Positions 43,169-54,015 are shown, numbered from the stretch's first letter. The stretch is 64,000 bases of DNA from an uncultured Solirubrobacterales bacterium (GCA_963774395.1 CAVZET010000006.1:431148-495147), one strand, 5' to 3'. Made by a program: numbers and translations. Notes: generated by a model from the sequence alone, not told the origin.

Positions 43169-44395
43169 TCACCCAGAGGCCGCCGAGCGCCGGCCGCGCC
43201 CGCGTGCCCGCGTCCGTCGAGCGGCGCTCGCCGCCGTGCCGCCGTTGGCCACGTTGAGAAGTAACCCGACGGCTGCGAGGGTCACGATCAGGCTGCTGTT
43301 TCCATAGGAGACGAATGGCAGGGTCACCCCGGTCAGCGGCGCCATCCCCATCGCTGCGTAGAGGTTGATGGTCGCCTGGATCAGGATCATTGCGGTCAGC
43401 GACGCGGCGAGGAGCCTGCCGTATCGGTCCTTGGCGCGCTGGGCGGTGCGGAAGCCGCCGTAGCCGAAGAGCATGTAGAGGCCGACGAGCACGGTGATCC
43501 CGGCGAAGCCGATCTCCTCGCCGATCACGGCGGAGATCATGTCCGTGTGCGCCTCCGGCAGGTAGAAGGCCTTCTCGACGCTCTGCCCGAGCCCGACGCC
43601 GAAGATGCCACCGGAGCCCATCGCGATCGAGGCCTGGCCGGTCTGAAAGCCGGCGCCGGATGGGTCCGAGCCCGGGTGCAGGAAGGTCGTCAGGCGCGCC
43701 ATCCGGTAGGGCTCGATCAGCACGGCAATCAGCGCGACGAAGCCGACGACGCCGGCGATGATCGCCAGGTGGCGGATGCGGGCACCGCCGGCGATCAGCA
43801 GGGCGCTGATGCCGAGCGCCGTGACCATCGTCGTGCCGAAGTCCGGCTGTAGGAGGATCAGCCCGAAGGCCATGGCGACGACGACCAGATAGGGCCGCAT
43901 CGAGCGCAGGTCGTCGGTGAGCTGTGGCCGGGCAGCGATCAGGTGAGCGCCGTACAGCAGCAGCGCCACCTTCATGATCTCCGAAGGCTGCACCTGAAGC
44001 GGTCCGAAGACGATCCAGCTCTTGGCGCCGTTGACCGACGTGCCGATGCCGAGCACGACGACGAGCAGGCCGAAGCAGACGGCGAGCAGCATCGGCGTCA
44101 GGCTGCGGATCGTCGCGAGGCGCACCCGCGCGAGCACGTGCAGGGCGAGCAGGCCGAAGGCGCCGAACATGAGCGTGCGCTTCAGGTAGAAGGCGCCGTC
44201 GCCGTTCGAGCCGAGCAGCGAGGAGGTCGAGCTCGCGCTGAAGACCATGACGGCGCCGAACGCGACCAGGCACATGGTCGCCGTGATCACGAGCTGGTAC
44301 TCGATCGGCTGCGAGCTGCGCCGCTTCGCCTTCTTCGCCGCTCCCTTGCGCCGCGAGCCGAAGCCGCTGCGCAGCCCCGCGATCGCGCCGCTCAC
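43169..44395 (-). CDS. ftsW: SEDS-family peptidoglycan glycosyltransferase FtsW; ORF intact (C-terminal tail uncertain)
   Basis: 408-aa polytopic ORF: QPSEIMKVALLLY, LLQPDFGTTMV, LPEAHTDMISAVIGEEIGF, APLTGVTLPFVSYGNSS. Confidence 0.88.
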   Translation of the reverse strand: MSGAIAGLRSGFGSRRKGAAKKAKRRSSQPIEYQLVITATMCLVAFGAVMVFSASSTSSLLGSNGDGAFYLKRTLMFGAFGLLALHVLARVRLATIRSLTPMLLAVCFGLLVVVLGIGTSVNGAKSWIVFGPLQVQPSEIMKVALLLYGAHLIAARPQLTDDLRSMRPYLVVVAMAFGLILLQPDFGTTMVTALGISALLIAGGARIRHLAIIAGVVGFVALIAVLIEPYRMARLTTFLHPGSDPSGAGFQTGQASIAMGSGGIFGVGLGQSVEKAFYLPEAHTDMISAVIGEEIGFAGITVLVGLYMLFGYGGFRTAQRAKDRYGRLLAASLTAMILIQATINLYAAMGMAPLTGVTLPFVSYGNSSLIVTLAAVGLLLNVANGGTAASAARRTRARGRGRRSAASG

Positions 44396-44413
44396 AGCCG
44401 CTCCCGCACGAGG

Positions 44414-45745
44414 CTAGCGGAAGCGCTCGCCGCGCTCCTCGTAGTCGCGGAAAGCGTCGAAGCTGGCGCAGGCCGGGGCGAGCAGGACGACGTCGCCGGG
44501 CTCGGCGCCGCGTGCGGCGGCCTCGGCGACGGCGATCTCGAGCGTGCCGGAGCGGCGCATCGGCACGCCGGCGGGCGCCAGCGACTCCTCGAGCGCGTCG
44601 GCGGCCTCGCCGATCAGATAGACGGCGGCGCAGCGCTCGGCGACCGCGGGTCGCAGGTCGTCGAAACCGCCACCCTTGAGGCTGCCGCCGAGGATCGCGT
44701 GCACGGGGCGCCCGCCGAAGGAGCGGAGGGCCGCCTCCGCCGCGGCGACGTTGGTCGCCTTCGAGTCGTTGACGAAGAGCACGTCGTCGTGTTCGCCGAC
44801 CCGCTCGAGCCGGTGTGCGACACCGGCGAAGTTGCGCAGACCGCGGCCGATCGCCTCACGGGGGACGCCGCCGCAGAGCGCCGCCGCGGCGACCGCCATC
44901 GCGTTGCGGACGTTGTGCTCGCCGGCGAGGGCGAGCTCTTCGACCGGGACGAGCGCCGCGCCGTCGACCTCGATCGTGCCGTTGCGCAGCCGCACGAGGC
45001 AGCCCCCCTCAGCGCAGGCGGAGACACCGTAGGCGATGGTCGCGCCGTGCCCGGGGCGCTCGGAGGCGGCGAACGGCGCGAGGTCGGCGTCGAAGATTGC
45101 GAAGTCGGTCTGCGCCTGACCCGCGAAGATCCGCAGCTTCGCGTCGCGGTAAGCCTCGAAGCTGCCGTGGCGGTCGAGGTGATCGGGCGTGACGTTGAGC
45201 AGCACCGCGACCTCGGGCGCAAAGGCGGCGCTGTCCTCGAGCTGGAAGGACGAGCACTCGCACACGACCGTTGCGTACTCGTCGACCTGCGCCGGCAGAT
45301 CCGAGAGCGGCCGGCCGACGTTGCCGGCGACGACGACGGGCATGCCCGCCTCACGCCACACGTGTCCAAGCCATTCGACGACGGTCGTCTTGCCGTTCGT
45401 GCCGGTGACGGCGACGAATGGGTTCGGGAGCGAGCGCCAGGCGAGCTCGAGCTCACCGATCACGGGCACGCCGCGCTCGCGCGCGATCTCGATGACCGGC
45501 GCACTCGGCGGCACCCCTGGGCTCTTGATCACGAGACCGATCCCTTCGAGGTGCTGCGTGCCGTCGTCATCCAGGTGAATTTCGACGCCCGCGTCCCGCA
45601 ATCCTGCATCCACGGAAGGAGATCCCGAATCGACGGCGACGACGCGCGCGCCCGAGTCCGCGAGCAGCCGCGCAGCGGCCTGGCCCGAGCGGGCCATGCC
45701 GACGATCAGATACGGCCCCTCGGGAATCGGCGGCCTGGTTTCCAT
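44414..45745 (-). CDS. murD: UDP-N-acetylmuramoylalanine--D-glutamate ligase; intact
   Basis: 443-aa ORF: VAVTGTNGKTTV, LNVTPDHLDRHG, NDSKATN. Confidence 0.92.
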   Translation of the reverse strand: METRPPIPEGPYLIVGMARSGQAAARLLADSGARVVAVDSGSPSVDAGLRDAGVEIHLDDDGTQHLEGIGLVIKSPGVPPSAPVIEIARERGVPVIGELELAWRSLPNPFVAVTGTNGKTTVVEWLGHVWREAGMPVVVAGNVGRPLSDLPAQVDEYATVVCECSSFQLEDSAAFAPEVAVLLNVTPDHLDRHGSFEAYRDAKLRIFAGQAQTDFAIFDADLAPFAASERPGHGATIAYGVSACAEGGCLVRLRNGTIEVDGAALVPVEELALAGEHNVRNAMAVAAAALCGGVPREAIGRGLRNFAGVAHRLERVGEHDDVLFVNDSKATNVAAAEAALRSFGGRPVHAILGGSLKGGGFDDLRPAVAERCAAVYLIGEAADALEESLAPAGVPMRRSGTLEIAVAEAAARGAEPGDVVLLAPACASFDAFRDYEERGERFR

Positions 45746-46395
45746 AACGCGGATGTTCGCCGTATGGAGGCGCGACCCTGCGCGGCCGGCCGCTGCTCTC
45801 CCGGTACGCCCAGGGGCGACCGCACGAGGGCTTGGGCAACAACTCCCGACAGCGCTCCCCTCGGGCGGGGCGGTCCCAGACAGCGCCCGGCGAAGGGTCG
45901 CCGCGCGGAGCCGCGCCGCCCGCGAAGGGTGTGGCGGCGCGAGGGCAGTGAGGGAGGTCAGCCGGCGGCAGTCGCTGGCCCGGAGGCGACGGCAGACGCT
46001 AGATCTGGACCAATAGGAGCAGACACGTCCAAGGCGCCCAGATGTGTCTGCCGAGGCTGGTCCCTACGACCAGCAACTGCAGAGACGTCGGCTCGCTGCA
46101 GACGTGGCTGCTGGCATCGCGGCCGCAGGCTGCATGGGGCGCAAGGACGTCCACCTGGAGCAGACGTGGCTGCGCATATGGACGCTTCGCCCGCTCCCGC
46201 CGATGCCCAAAGGCGATAAACCGCTGACCGGAGCCGGTCCAGCGCCGTAGTCACCCGCCCCCGCGCAACGAGCGTCAGCCGTCAACCCCCCACGGCGAGG
46301 CTGGGAGCGTCGAGGGCGGTCGTTAGGGGAGCGATAGTCCGCACGGACGTGAGCGACCCCAACGGCCGCCATCGGCGCTCCCAGTCCGCCGCCGA

Positions 46396-47424
46396 CTAAA
46401 CCCCGATGGAGTTCTGGAAGAGCGTGTAGCCGATGCCGGCGCAGACGGCGGCGATGATCCAGAAGCGGAGCATGATCTTCGTCTCCGACCAGGCCATCAT
46501 CTCGAAGTGGTGGTGGATCGGGGCCATCAGGAAGACGCGGCGGCGGAAGGCCTTGAACGTGAAGACCTGGATCGCGACCGAGAGCGCCTCCATGACGAAG
46601 ATGCCGCCGAGGATGATCAGCAGGACCTCGGTCTGGGTCATGATCGCGAGGGCGCCGATCGCGCCGCCGAGCCCCAGCGATCCCGTGTCCCCCATGAAGA
46701 TCGTCGCCGGGTGTGCGTTGAACCAGAGGAAGCCGACGCAGGCGCCGACGAGGCAGGCGGAGAGCAGCGCCAGCCCCTGCTGGCCCGTCGTCACCGTGAT
46801 CGCCATGTAGGCGAGAAACACGATCGCGCAGCATCCCGCGGCGAGCCCGTCGAGCCCGTCCGTGAGGTTGACTCCGTTACTTGCGCCCGCGAGGACGAAG
46901 AAGGTGAGGACCACGTAGGCCGCCGGCCCGAGGTACAGGTGCGCGCCCCAGACGCGCAGCTGCAGGTTCGGGTCGAGGCCGACGGACTTGAACGCGAACC
47001 ACCAGAGCACCACGGCGAGGGCAATCTGGCCGAGCAGCTTCCAGCGCGCGGAGAGGCCGAGTGACCGTCGCTTGACGATCTTGACCCAGTCGTCGGCGAA
47101 CCCGAGCCCGGCGCTGCCAAGGGCGACGAGGAAGACGGCGAGGCTCTCGGTGTCTCGATCGCTGAGCACCAGGTAGGGGATCGAGATCGCCGCGAAGATG
47201 ATCAGCCCGCCCATCGTCGGGGTGCCGGCCTTTTCGTGGTGGCCCTGCGGGCCCTCCTCGCGAATTTGCTGGCCGAACTCGCGGTTGCGGAGGATCTCGA
47301 TGAACTTCGGGCCGAGGAAGATCGTGATCAGCATCGCCGCCATGCCCCCGATCAGGATCTGACCGCGGTCGATCACCGTCGAGGCGACGTCGCCGCCGAT
47401 CGCCGCCAGCAGCAGGCCCGTCAC
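46396..47424 (-). CDS. mraY: phospho-N-acetylmuramoyl-pentapeptide transferase; intact
   Basis: HHEKAGTPTMGGL, GFADDWVKI, NLTDGLDGLA, MGDTGSLGLGG, APIHHHFE. The GTG at 47424 overlaps the murF stop (GTGA). Confidence 0.92.
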   Translation of the reverse strand: MTGLLLAAIGGDVASTVIDRGQILIGGMAAMLITIFLGPKFIEILRNREFGQQIREEGPQGHHEKAGTPTMGGLIIFAAISIPYLVLSDRDTESLAVFLVALGSAGLGFADDWVKIVKRRSLGLSARWKLLGQIALAVVLWWFAFKSVGLDPNLQLRVWGAHLYLGPAAYVVLTFFVLAGASNGVNLTDGLDGLAAGCCAIVFLAYMAITVTTGQQGLALLSACLVGACVGFLWFNAHPATIFMGDTGSLGLGGAIGALAIMTQTEVLLIILGGIFVMEALSVAIQVFTFKAFRRRVFLMAPIHHHFEMMAWSETKIMLRFWIIAAVCAGIGYTLFQNSIGV

Positions 47425-48836
47425 GCGCTCGCCTCCGGCCGCTGCTCGCCGAGCTCGACGCGGAGCGTGTCGGCAACGAGCTCGAGACCGACCGAGCGCG
47501 AGCCCTTGATCAGCGCCACGTCGCCCTCGCCGAGAAGCTCGGCGGCGAGCTTCGCGGCCTCGCCCGGCGTCGCCACCCACTCGTCCGGCGAGTAGTCCGT
47601 CGCCAGGTCCCCGACGCCGATCAGCGGCGCGATCCCGAGCCCACGGGCGAGCTCCGCGATCTGCTCGTGGTAGCCGGGCCCACCCTCGCCGAGCTCGGCC
47701 ATGCCGCCGAGGACCGCGACGTGGCGGCCGCCTCCGGGGGTGGGTTCAGAAGCTAGGTGCTCGAGGGCGGAGCGCATCGAGATCGGGTTCGCGTTGTAAC
47801 AGTCGTTGAGCAGCAGGATCCCCCCGCGCAGCTGGATCCGTTCGCCGCGAAGGCGCGAGAACTGTATCCGCGACGCGTTCGCGGCCATCGCCCCGGGATC
47901 GAGGTCGAGGGCGACCCCGATCGCGATCGCGCAGAGCGCGTTGCGCAGGTTGTGCTCCTCGGTGAAGCCGAACTCGAAGTCGGCCTCGCCATGCGGCGTG
48001 CCGATCCGCGCCTTCATGCCGCAGGCCGCTGCGCGCCGCGACTCAGCGCGAAGACGTCGCCGCCGGGGCCGAAGGTGAAGGTGACGAGCGCATCGTGCAG
48101 ATGCGGGCTCGAGCGCCTCTGCGTCGGCGGGCACGACGGCCCGGCCTTCACCCGAGCCGAGCGCCAGGCCGGCGAGGATCTCCGCCTTCGCCTCGGCGAT
48201 CGCCTCGAGCGTGCCGAGCAGCTCGAGGTGGACCGGGCCGACGTTGGTGATCGCCGCAACGTTCGGCTCGGCGATCTCGCAGAGCTGGCGGATCTGGCCC
48301 ATGCCCCGCATCGCCATCTCCATGACGAGGATCTCGGTATCGCGCGGCGCCGCGAGCAGCGCCAGCGGCATGCCGATCTCGGTGTTGAAGTTCTCGGGGC
48401 TGGCGTGGACGCGGGCGGGCAGCAGGGCGCGGGTGATGTCCTTGACCGAGGTCTTGCCGGTCGAGCCCGTGATGCCGACCAGCGGGCAGCCGATCGTCCG
48501 CCGCCAGGCCCGCGCCATCTCCTGCAGGCAACGCTCCGGGTCCGGCGTCGAGAGCACCCAGGCGGGCCCCTCGCCGACCCGGCCCCGATCACCTCCGTCG
48601 GGCTCGAGATCAGCCGCGTGGCGGGGATCGACGACGACCCCCCAGGCCCCGGCCGAGATCGCGTCGGCGGCGAAGCGGCCGCCGTCGACCTGCTCGCCCG
48701 GGATGCCGAAGAACAGATCGCCTGGCCCGACCTCGCGTGAGTCCACGACGGCGCGCTCGGCGAACTCGCCGGCGCCGCGCACGGCGACCTCGGCACCGCC
48801 CTCGGCGGCGAGCCGCTCGGCCGGAATGTCGATCAC
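47421..48836 (-). CDS. murF: UDP-N-acetylmuramoyl-tripeptide--D-alanyl-D-alanine ligase; short out-of-frame patch (about 48010..48120) restored by a second indel
   Basis: GITGSTGKTSVKD, EMAMRGMGQI, NVGPVHLE, NDCYNANPISM. Across the patch the expected text HLHDALVTFTFGPGGDVFALS is in ORF 48014..48796, not in the long ORF. Confidence 0.88.
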   Translation of the reverse strand: MIDIPAERLAAEGGAEVAVRGAGEFAERAVVDSREVGPGDLFFGIPGEQVDGGRFAADAISAGAWGVVVDPRHAADLEPDGGDRGRVGEGPAWVLSTPDPERCLQEMARAWRRTIGCPLVGITGSTGKTSVKDITRALLPARVHASPENFNTEIGMPLALLAAPRDTEILVMEMAMRGMGQIRQLCEIAEPNVAAITNVGPVHLELLGTLEAIAEAKAEILAGLALGSGEGRAVVPADAEALEPASARCARHLHLRPRRRRLRAESRRAAACGMKARIGTPHGEADFEFGFTEEHNLRNALCAIAIGVALDLDPGAMAANASRIQFSRLRGERIQLRGGILLLNDCYNANPISMRSALEHLASEPTPGGGRHVAVLGGMAELGEGGPGYHEQIAELARGLGIAPLIGVGDLATDYSPDEWVATPGEAAKLAAELLGEGDVALIKGSRSVGLELVADTLRVELGEQRPEASA

Positions 48837-50326
48837 GCCGCTCCGACCCCCAGCTCGCGGAGCGCCTCGCGGGCGACCTCGCGGTCATCGAAGGGCTCCT
48901 TGCGCCCGCCCTCGAACTCCTGCCCCTGCTCGTGCCCCTTACCGGCGATGACGACGAGATCGCCCGAGCGGGCCTGCCCGAGCGCCCCTGCGATCGCCTT
49001 GCGGCGGTCGACTTCGACGACGACGTTCGAGCGATCACCGATCCCGGTGAGGACCTCGGCGATGATCGCGTCCGGATCCTCCGAGCGGGGGTTGTCGGAG
49101 GTGACGAAGCAGACGTCGGAGGCCTCGGCGGCGGCGGCGCCCATCAGGGGCCGCTTCGCCCGGTCGCGATCGCCGCCGCAGCCGACGACGCTGAGCAGGC
49201 GGCCGGCGGCCAGCCCCCGGGCGGCCTCGAGCACGTTGACGAGCGAGTCGGGCGTGTGCGCGTAATCGACCAGCACGGCGAAGTCCTGGCCCTCGCGGAT
49301 CGGCTCCATCCGGCCCGGCACGGGCTCAGCATCGCGAAGCGCCGCAACGGCGTCGGCAAGCGGCACGCCGAGGCCGCCGGCTGAGCGCGAGCGCGGCGAG
49401 CGCGTTCTCGACGTTGAAGCGGCCGGGCAGGCCGAGCGCAACGTCGTGGCTCCCGCCCTCGGCGCGCAGCGTGAACGTGGCGCCCGAGGCGTCGAACTCG
49501 AGGCCCGTGGCGCTCAGGTCGGCCTCCGCGCCCGCGGCGGAGAAGGTGACGATCCGGGTCTCGGTGCCGGCCTCCGCAAGGTCGGCGAGCAGCCTGCGCC
49601 CGTACTCGTCGTCGACGTTGACGGCGGAGAGGCGGGGCGGCTCACGCCTGCCTTCCTGCCCGGTGAAGAGCAGGCGCTTGGCCTCGTAGTAGTCGTCCAT
49701 GTCGGCGTGGAAGTCGAGGTGGTCCTGGGTCAGGTTGGTGAACGCTGCGGCGGCGACGTGCACGCAGTCGGCCCGGCCGAGAACGAGGGCGTGCGAGGAG
49801 ATCTCGACCGAGGCGGCGCCGTCCCCGGCGGCGAGCATCGCGGCGAAGGTGCGCTGCAGGTCGATCGCCTCGGGCGTCGTCCGCACCGCCTCGACGGTCT
49901 CGCCGCCGACGACCTGGCGAATGGTCCCGAGCAGCCCGCACTGGACGCCTGCTGCCTCGAGGATCGAGCGGGTCAGGAACGCCGTCGTCGTCTTGCCGTT
50001 CGTGCCGGTCACCGCGGCGAGCGCCAGGGTCGCGGTCGGATCGCCGAAGAAGCGCTGCGCGAGCGGCGCCATCGCCGCCCGGGCGTCATCGACGAGGAGC
50101 TCCGGCACGCCCAGCCCGAGCGGCCGCTCGACGACGAGCGCCGCCGCTCCCGCCTCCACGGCGGCCGGCGCGAACTCGTGTCCGTCGGAGCTCATCCCGA
50201 CCACGCAGAAGAACAGGCATCCGGTCGCGGCCTTGCGGCTGTCGAAGACCAGGTCCGTGATCTCGGGGTCGCCGCTGCCGCGTCAGTGAGCGCACCGATC
50301 CCGTCGCAGAGCTCGCCGAGCTTCAT
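48833..50326 (-). CDS. murE: UDP-N-acetylmuramoyl-L-alanyl-D-glutamate--2,6-diaminopimelate (or L-lysine) ligase; two frameshifts
   Basis: MKLGELCDG (ATG at 50326), AVTGTNGKTTTAFL, NLTQDHLDFH (49326..50204), and DYAHTPDSL, CGGDRDRAKRP, DNPRSEDP (48833..49441). Confidence 0.88.
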
Positions 50327-50490
50327 CGGAGGCGATTCTAGGAGCGTCCGGGCGGAGCTACAACCGCTAACATCCGCCCGCGGAAACACAGCGATGACCG
50401 GCTGCTCTGCCGGCCGGAGACGTTGGCGGGAGCGGCGGGCGCGGCGAGGTGCTGCTGTCGCCGGAGCCGCGCCCGCGCCGCTCCCGACGA

Positions 50491-52166
50491 TCAGTTCGGC
50501 GGGATCCCCAGGTACGGCAACGCGAACGACGCGATCTTGCCGAAGGCGGGGGCGGCGACCGTGCCGCCGTAGTAGTTGCCGCCCTTCGGGTCGTCGACGA
50601 CGACGGCGGCGAGCAGCTGCGGGTGCTCGGCGGGCGCGAAGCCGACGAAGGAGGCGATGTACTGGGAGTCCGAGTAGGTGCCGTCGACGACCTTCTGCGC
50701 CGTACCGGTCTTGCCGGCGAGCACGTAGCCGGGGACCGAGACCGAGGCGGTGCCGCCGGGCTCGACAACGCCCTCGAGCATCGTCCGCAGATCGCGCGAG
50801 GTCTTACGGCTGATCACCCGGTGCCCGGTGTCGCGCGGCTCGCCGTGGCCGTCGACCGACTCGATCAGCCGCGGAGTGCGCAGCACCCCGCCGTCGGCGA
50901 TCGCTGCATAGGCGGAGATCATCTGCAGCGGGGTCACCGCCAAGCCCTGACCGATCGGCAGGTTGCCCATCGTCGAGCCGGAGTAGTCCTTCGGCCGGGG
51001 CACGATGCCCTGCTCCTCGCCCGGATAGTCGATCCCGGTCGGCTGGCCGAAGCCGAACTTGCGCACCCAGTGGTCGAAGCGGGAGCCGAACTGGCCGTGG
51101 TTGAGCTTCAGGCCGATCGTGTCCGCGCCGATGTTCGAGGAGACCTTGAGGATGTCGGCGACGCTCATCGTCTCGGGCCCGCGCGCCTCGGCATCGGTGA
51201 TCTGCCGATCGGCCACCTGTAGAACGGGCGGCAGGTCGAACGTCGTCGTCGGCTTGACGAGGCCGTCCTCCTCGGCGCCGGCGACCGTGAAGGCCTTGAA
51301 GGTCGAGCCGGGCTCGTAGGTGAACGAGGTCGCCATGTTCGAGAGCAGGTCGGGGTTGGCGTCTGGCGAGGTGCGTCGGATCGACCGCCGGCCAGCTCGC
51401 CATCGAGAGGATGTCGCCCGTCTGCGGGTCCATGACGATCGCCGTCGCGCCCTGCGGGATCGTAGGTCTCGCCGACCTCGTTGAGCACGCTCTCGGTCTC
51501 CGCCTGGATCTTGCCGTCGATCGTGAGCTGCACGTTGCCGCCGGTCTGCGCCTGCGTGACCACGTTGCGGCGGATCTCGTCGCCGAGCGCGTCGCGCGTC
51601 ACCGCGACCTGCCCGTCGGTCCCGTGCAGGACGCTGTCCTGGGAGGCCTCGACACCGAACAGGCCCTGACCGTCGGTGCCGACCGCGCCAATCAGGCGAC
51701 CGCCGATGTCGCCCTGCGGGTAGACGCGGCGCGAGTCGGGCAGCGTGCCGATCCCGTCGAGACCGAGCTTCTCGATCTTGTTCGGCGTCGATCAAGCGGC
51801 ACCTGGCGGGCGACGTACTCGAAGCCGGTGTTGGCGGTGAGCGCCTTGAGGATGTCCGCTTGCTTGCTGCCCTTGATCGAGCTTCGCGAGCTTCGCAGCG
51901 GTCTTGTCCGGGTTCGTCACCTGATACGGCGTCGCGAAGACGTCGGACGCGTCCTCGGAGACCGCGAGCCCCTCCCCGCGCCGGTCGAGGATGCTGCCCC
52001 GGGCGCCGGGCACGGTCACGGTCGCGGTCTGCTGGCTGAGTGAGCGTCGGCGCTGTACTCGCCACCCTTGACGGTCTGCAGCCACGCGGCGCGGCCGAGG
52101 ACGCCGCATGAAGGCGAGCGCGAAGAGCGCGAAGAGCAGCCCGACGCGGCGTTCGATCAGCTTCAC
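50491..52166 (-). CDS. ftsI: class B penicillin-binding protein (FtsI-type transpeptidase); several frameshifts
   Basis: TM N-terminus MKLIERRVGLLFALFALAF (GTG at 52166). Transpeptidase motifs YEPGSTFKAF, SSN (KVSSNIG) and KTGTA in ORF 50491..52065. Confidence 0.85.
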
Positions 52167-52763
52167 GCGCGCCTCCCCGTCATCGGCTCAGGGGGCGACG
52201 CCGCCCGGCGTCGTCGTCGCAGCCGAGGTCGCCAGTGGAGGTCGGATCGGTCGCGGACGGGGTCGGCGTCGCCGTTGACGTGGTGGTCGCCGCGGTCGGA
52301 TCGGTCGTCGCGGTCGGATGCGGTCGGCGCGGTCGCGGTTGCCGTGGGATCGGTCGTCGCGGGGTCCGTCGCCGTCGGCGTCACGGTCGTCGCCGGCGGC
52401 GTGACCGTCGGCCGCGGCGATCGAGGATGTGGTCGCGGCAGCTGCGGACAGGGTCGAGATCTCGCCGTTGGCGAGCCGCTTGGCCGCCTCGGCCGCGTCC
52501 GAGCCCTTCGACCCGAGGTAGTCGGATCCCCTTGGGGGTCGCGGTGTCGAGGCCCTGCCTTGCTCGCGATCTTGGCGAACGCGGTCGCTGGAGCTGAGCT
52601 TGGCGATGTTGGCGCCGAGGATGCTGTTCTGCTGCTGCAGCCGCTCGATCTTCTGCGCGGTCGTGCTGCTCGAGGCGCTCAGGCTCAGGCCCCAGACGTT
52701 GACGGCGACGATCCCGCCGAGCAGCACGCCGAGCAAGCCGATCCAGGCGCGGCTGCGGGTCAT
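52163..52763 (-). CDS. ftsL: FtsL-like septation protein (TM, coiled coil, Thr/Pro/Asp-rich tail); frameshifts; may extend 5' to 53050
   Basis: WIGLLGVLLGGIVAVNVWGL, then QKIERLQQQNSILGANIAKLSS (ORF 52188..52763). The tail TPTATDPATTDPTATATAPTASD is in ORF 52163..52384, whose stop overlaps the ftsI GTG (GTGA). Canonical position between rsmH and ftsI. Confidence 0.65.
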
Positions 52764-53049
52764 GCGAGACGATCAGCGAGGAGTCGGCGATGACCGCTGA
52801 CGGCGCCGGCGGTACCGGCGACGGCGTGCACGGGCAGCCGCACGACGCCGCCCGCGGGCGGTGTCGCGCGACGACGGCGGGCGGGAGCCGCGGCTGCGGC
52901 GCGCGTCCGGCGGGTCGTCGCCGCCTTGCGCCTTCGGCGGCGGCGACGCGCTTCGACGGCGTCTGCACGCGGCGCGCGGGGCGCGCTGCGCGACGGACGT
53001 CGCGCCGGCCGGCTCGGCCTCGTGCGGACGCTCGTTGCGGTGGCTGCCA

Positions 53050-54015
53050 TCAGGAATCCCCTCCTCGGTCGAGCTTGACTGCGGCGCGCAGGCGCGCCGA
53101 GGAAGCCCTTGGGTTGTCGGATACTTCGCCGTCGGAGGGGGTAACGCCTCCCCGGGCCAGCGGCTCGGCCTCCGGCTCATGGCCGCACCGGCAGACCGGG
53201 CAGCTCGGGCGGGCAGATGCAGCCGCGCGCGAGATCGGCGAGGAAGCGCTTGACGCGGCGGTCCTCGTGCGAGTGGAAGCTGATCGCGGCGAGCCGGCCG
53301 CCGGGCACGAGCAGCTCCCAGGCCTCGGGCAGCGCCGCGTCGAGCGCGTCGAGCTCGCCGTTGACGGCGATCCGCAGGGCCTGGAAGGTGCGCTTGGCCG
53401 GGTTGCCGCGGCCGAAGCGCTCGGCCGGGGGCAGCGCCGGCCTTGACCGCCTCGGCGAGCTCGGAGGTGCGCTCGATCGGCCGGCGGGCGACGATCTGGC
53501 GGGCGACGGAGCGGGCGCGGCGCTCGTCGCCGTAGTTGCGGATGATCTCGGCGAGCCGGGCCTCGGGCCACTCGTTGACGATCTCGGCCGCGCTCGAGCT
53601 CCTGGCGCGGGATCCATGCGCATGTCGAGGGGGGCGTCGAAGGAGTAGGAGAAGCCGCGCTCCCAGGCGTCGATCTGCATCGAGGAGACGCCGAGGTCGA
53701 AGTAGACGAGGTCGGCGCGGACGCCTTCGGCGGCGAGCTCGGCGCAGCGCCTCGTCGAAGCGGGTCGAGATCAAGCGGGTCTCGCACGGCGCCTCGGCGG
53801 CGAACTCCTCGAAGCGCTCGATCGCGGCGGGGTCGCGGTCGACGGCAGATCAGCGTGCCCTCCGCCCCGATCCGCTCGGCGATCAGGCGCGCATGGCCGC
53901 CGGCGCCGAAGGTGCAGTCGACGACGACGTCGCCGGGGCCGGGTCGGTGAGCGCGGATCAGCTCGGCGGCGAGGACTGGGACGTGCTCGGCGGGCATGTA
54001 GGTCAGTGTGGCCAT
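53050..54015 (-). CDS. rsmH: 16S rRNA (cytosine1402-N4)-methyltransferase; several frameshifts
   Basis: HVPVLAAELI...VVDCTFGAGGHA (ATG at 54015), DAPLDMRMD, TFQALRIAVNGELDAL, GGRLAAISFHSHEDRRVK (53177..53680). Confidence 0.88.
   Translation of the reverse strand: MATLTYMPAEHVPVLAAELIRAHRPGPGDVVVDCTFGAGGHARLIAERIGAEGTLICRRPRPRRDRALRGVRRRGAVRDPLDLDPLRRGAAPSSPPKASAPTSSTSTSASPRCRSTPGSAASPTPSTPPSTCAWIPRQELERGRDRQRVARGPARRDHPQLRRRAPRPLRRPPDRRPPADRAHLRARRGGQGRRCPRPSASAAATRPSAPSRPCGSPSTASSTRSTRRCPRPGSCSCPAAGSPRSASTRTRTAASSASSPISRAAASARPSCPVCRCGHEPEAEPLARGGVTPSDGEVSDNPRASSARLRAAVKLDRGGDS

Noticed and set aside
45958-46254. Small ORFs inside the mraY-murD spacer (45958..46254 minus, 46042..46227 plus, 46044..46250 plus)
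   Set aside because: They overlap each other in different frames and strands, have no ribosome-binding sites, and give Arg/Ala-rich or repeat-derived translations. They look like by-products of the DNA repeats.
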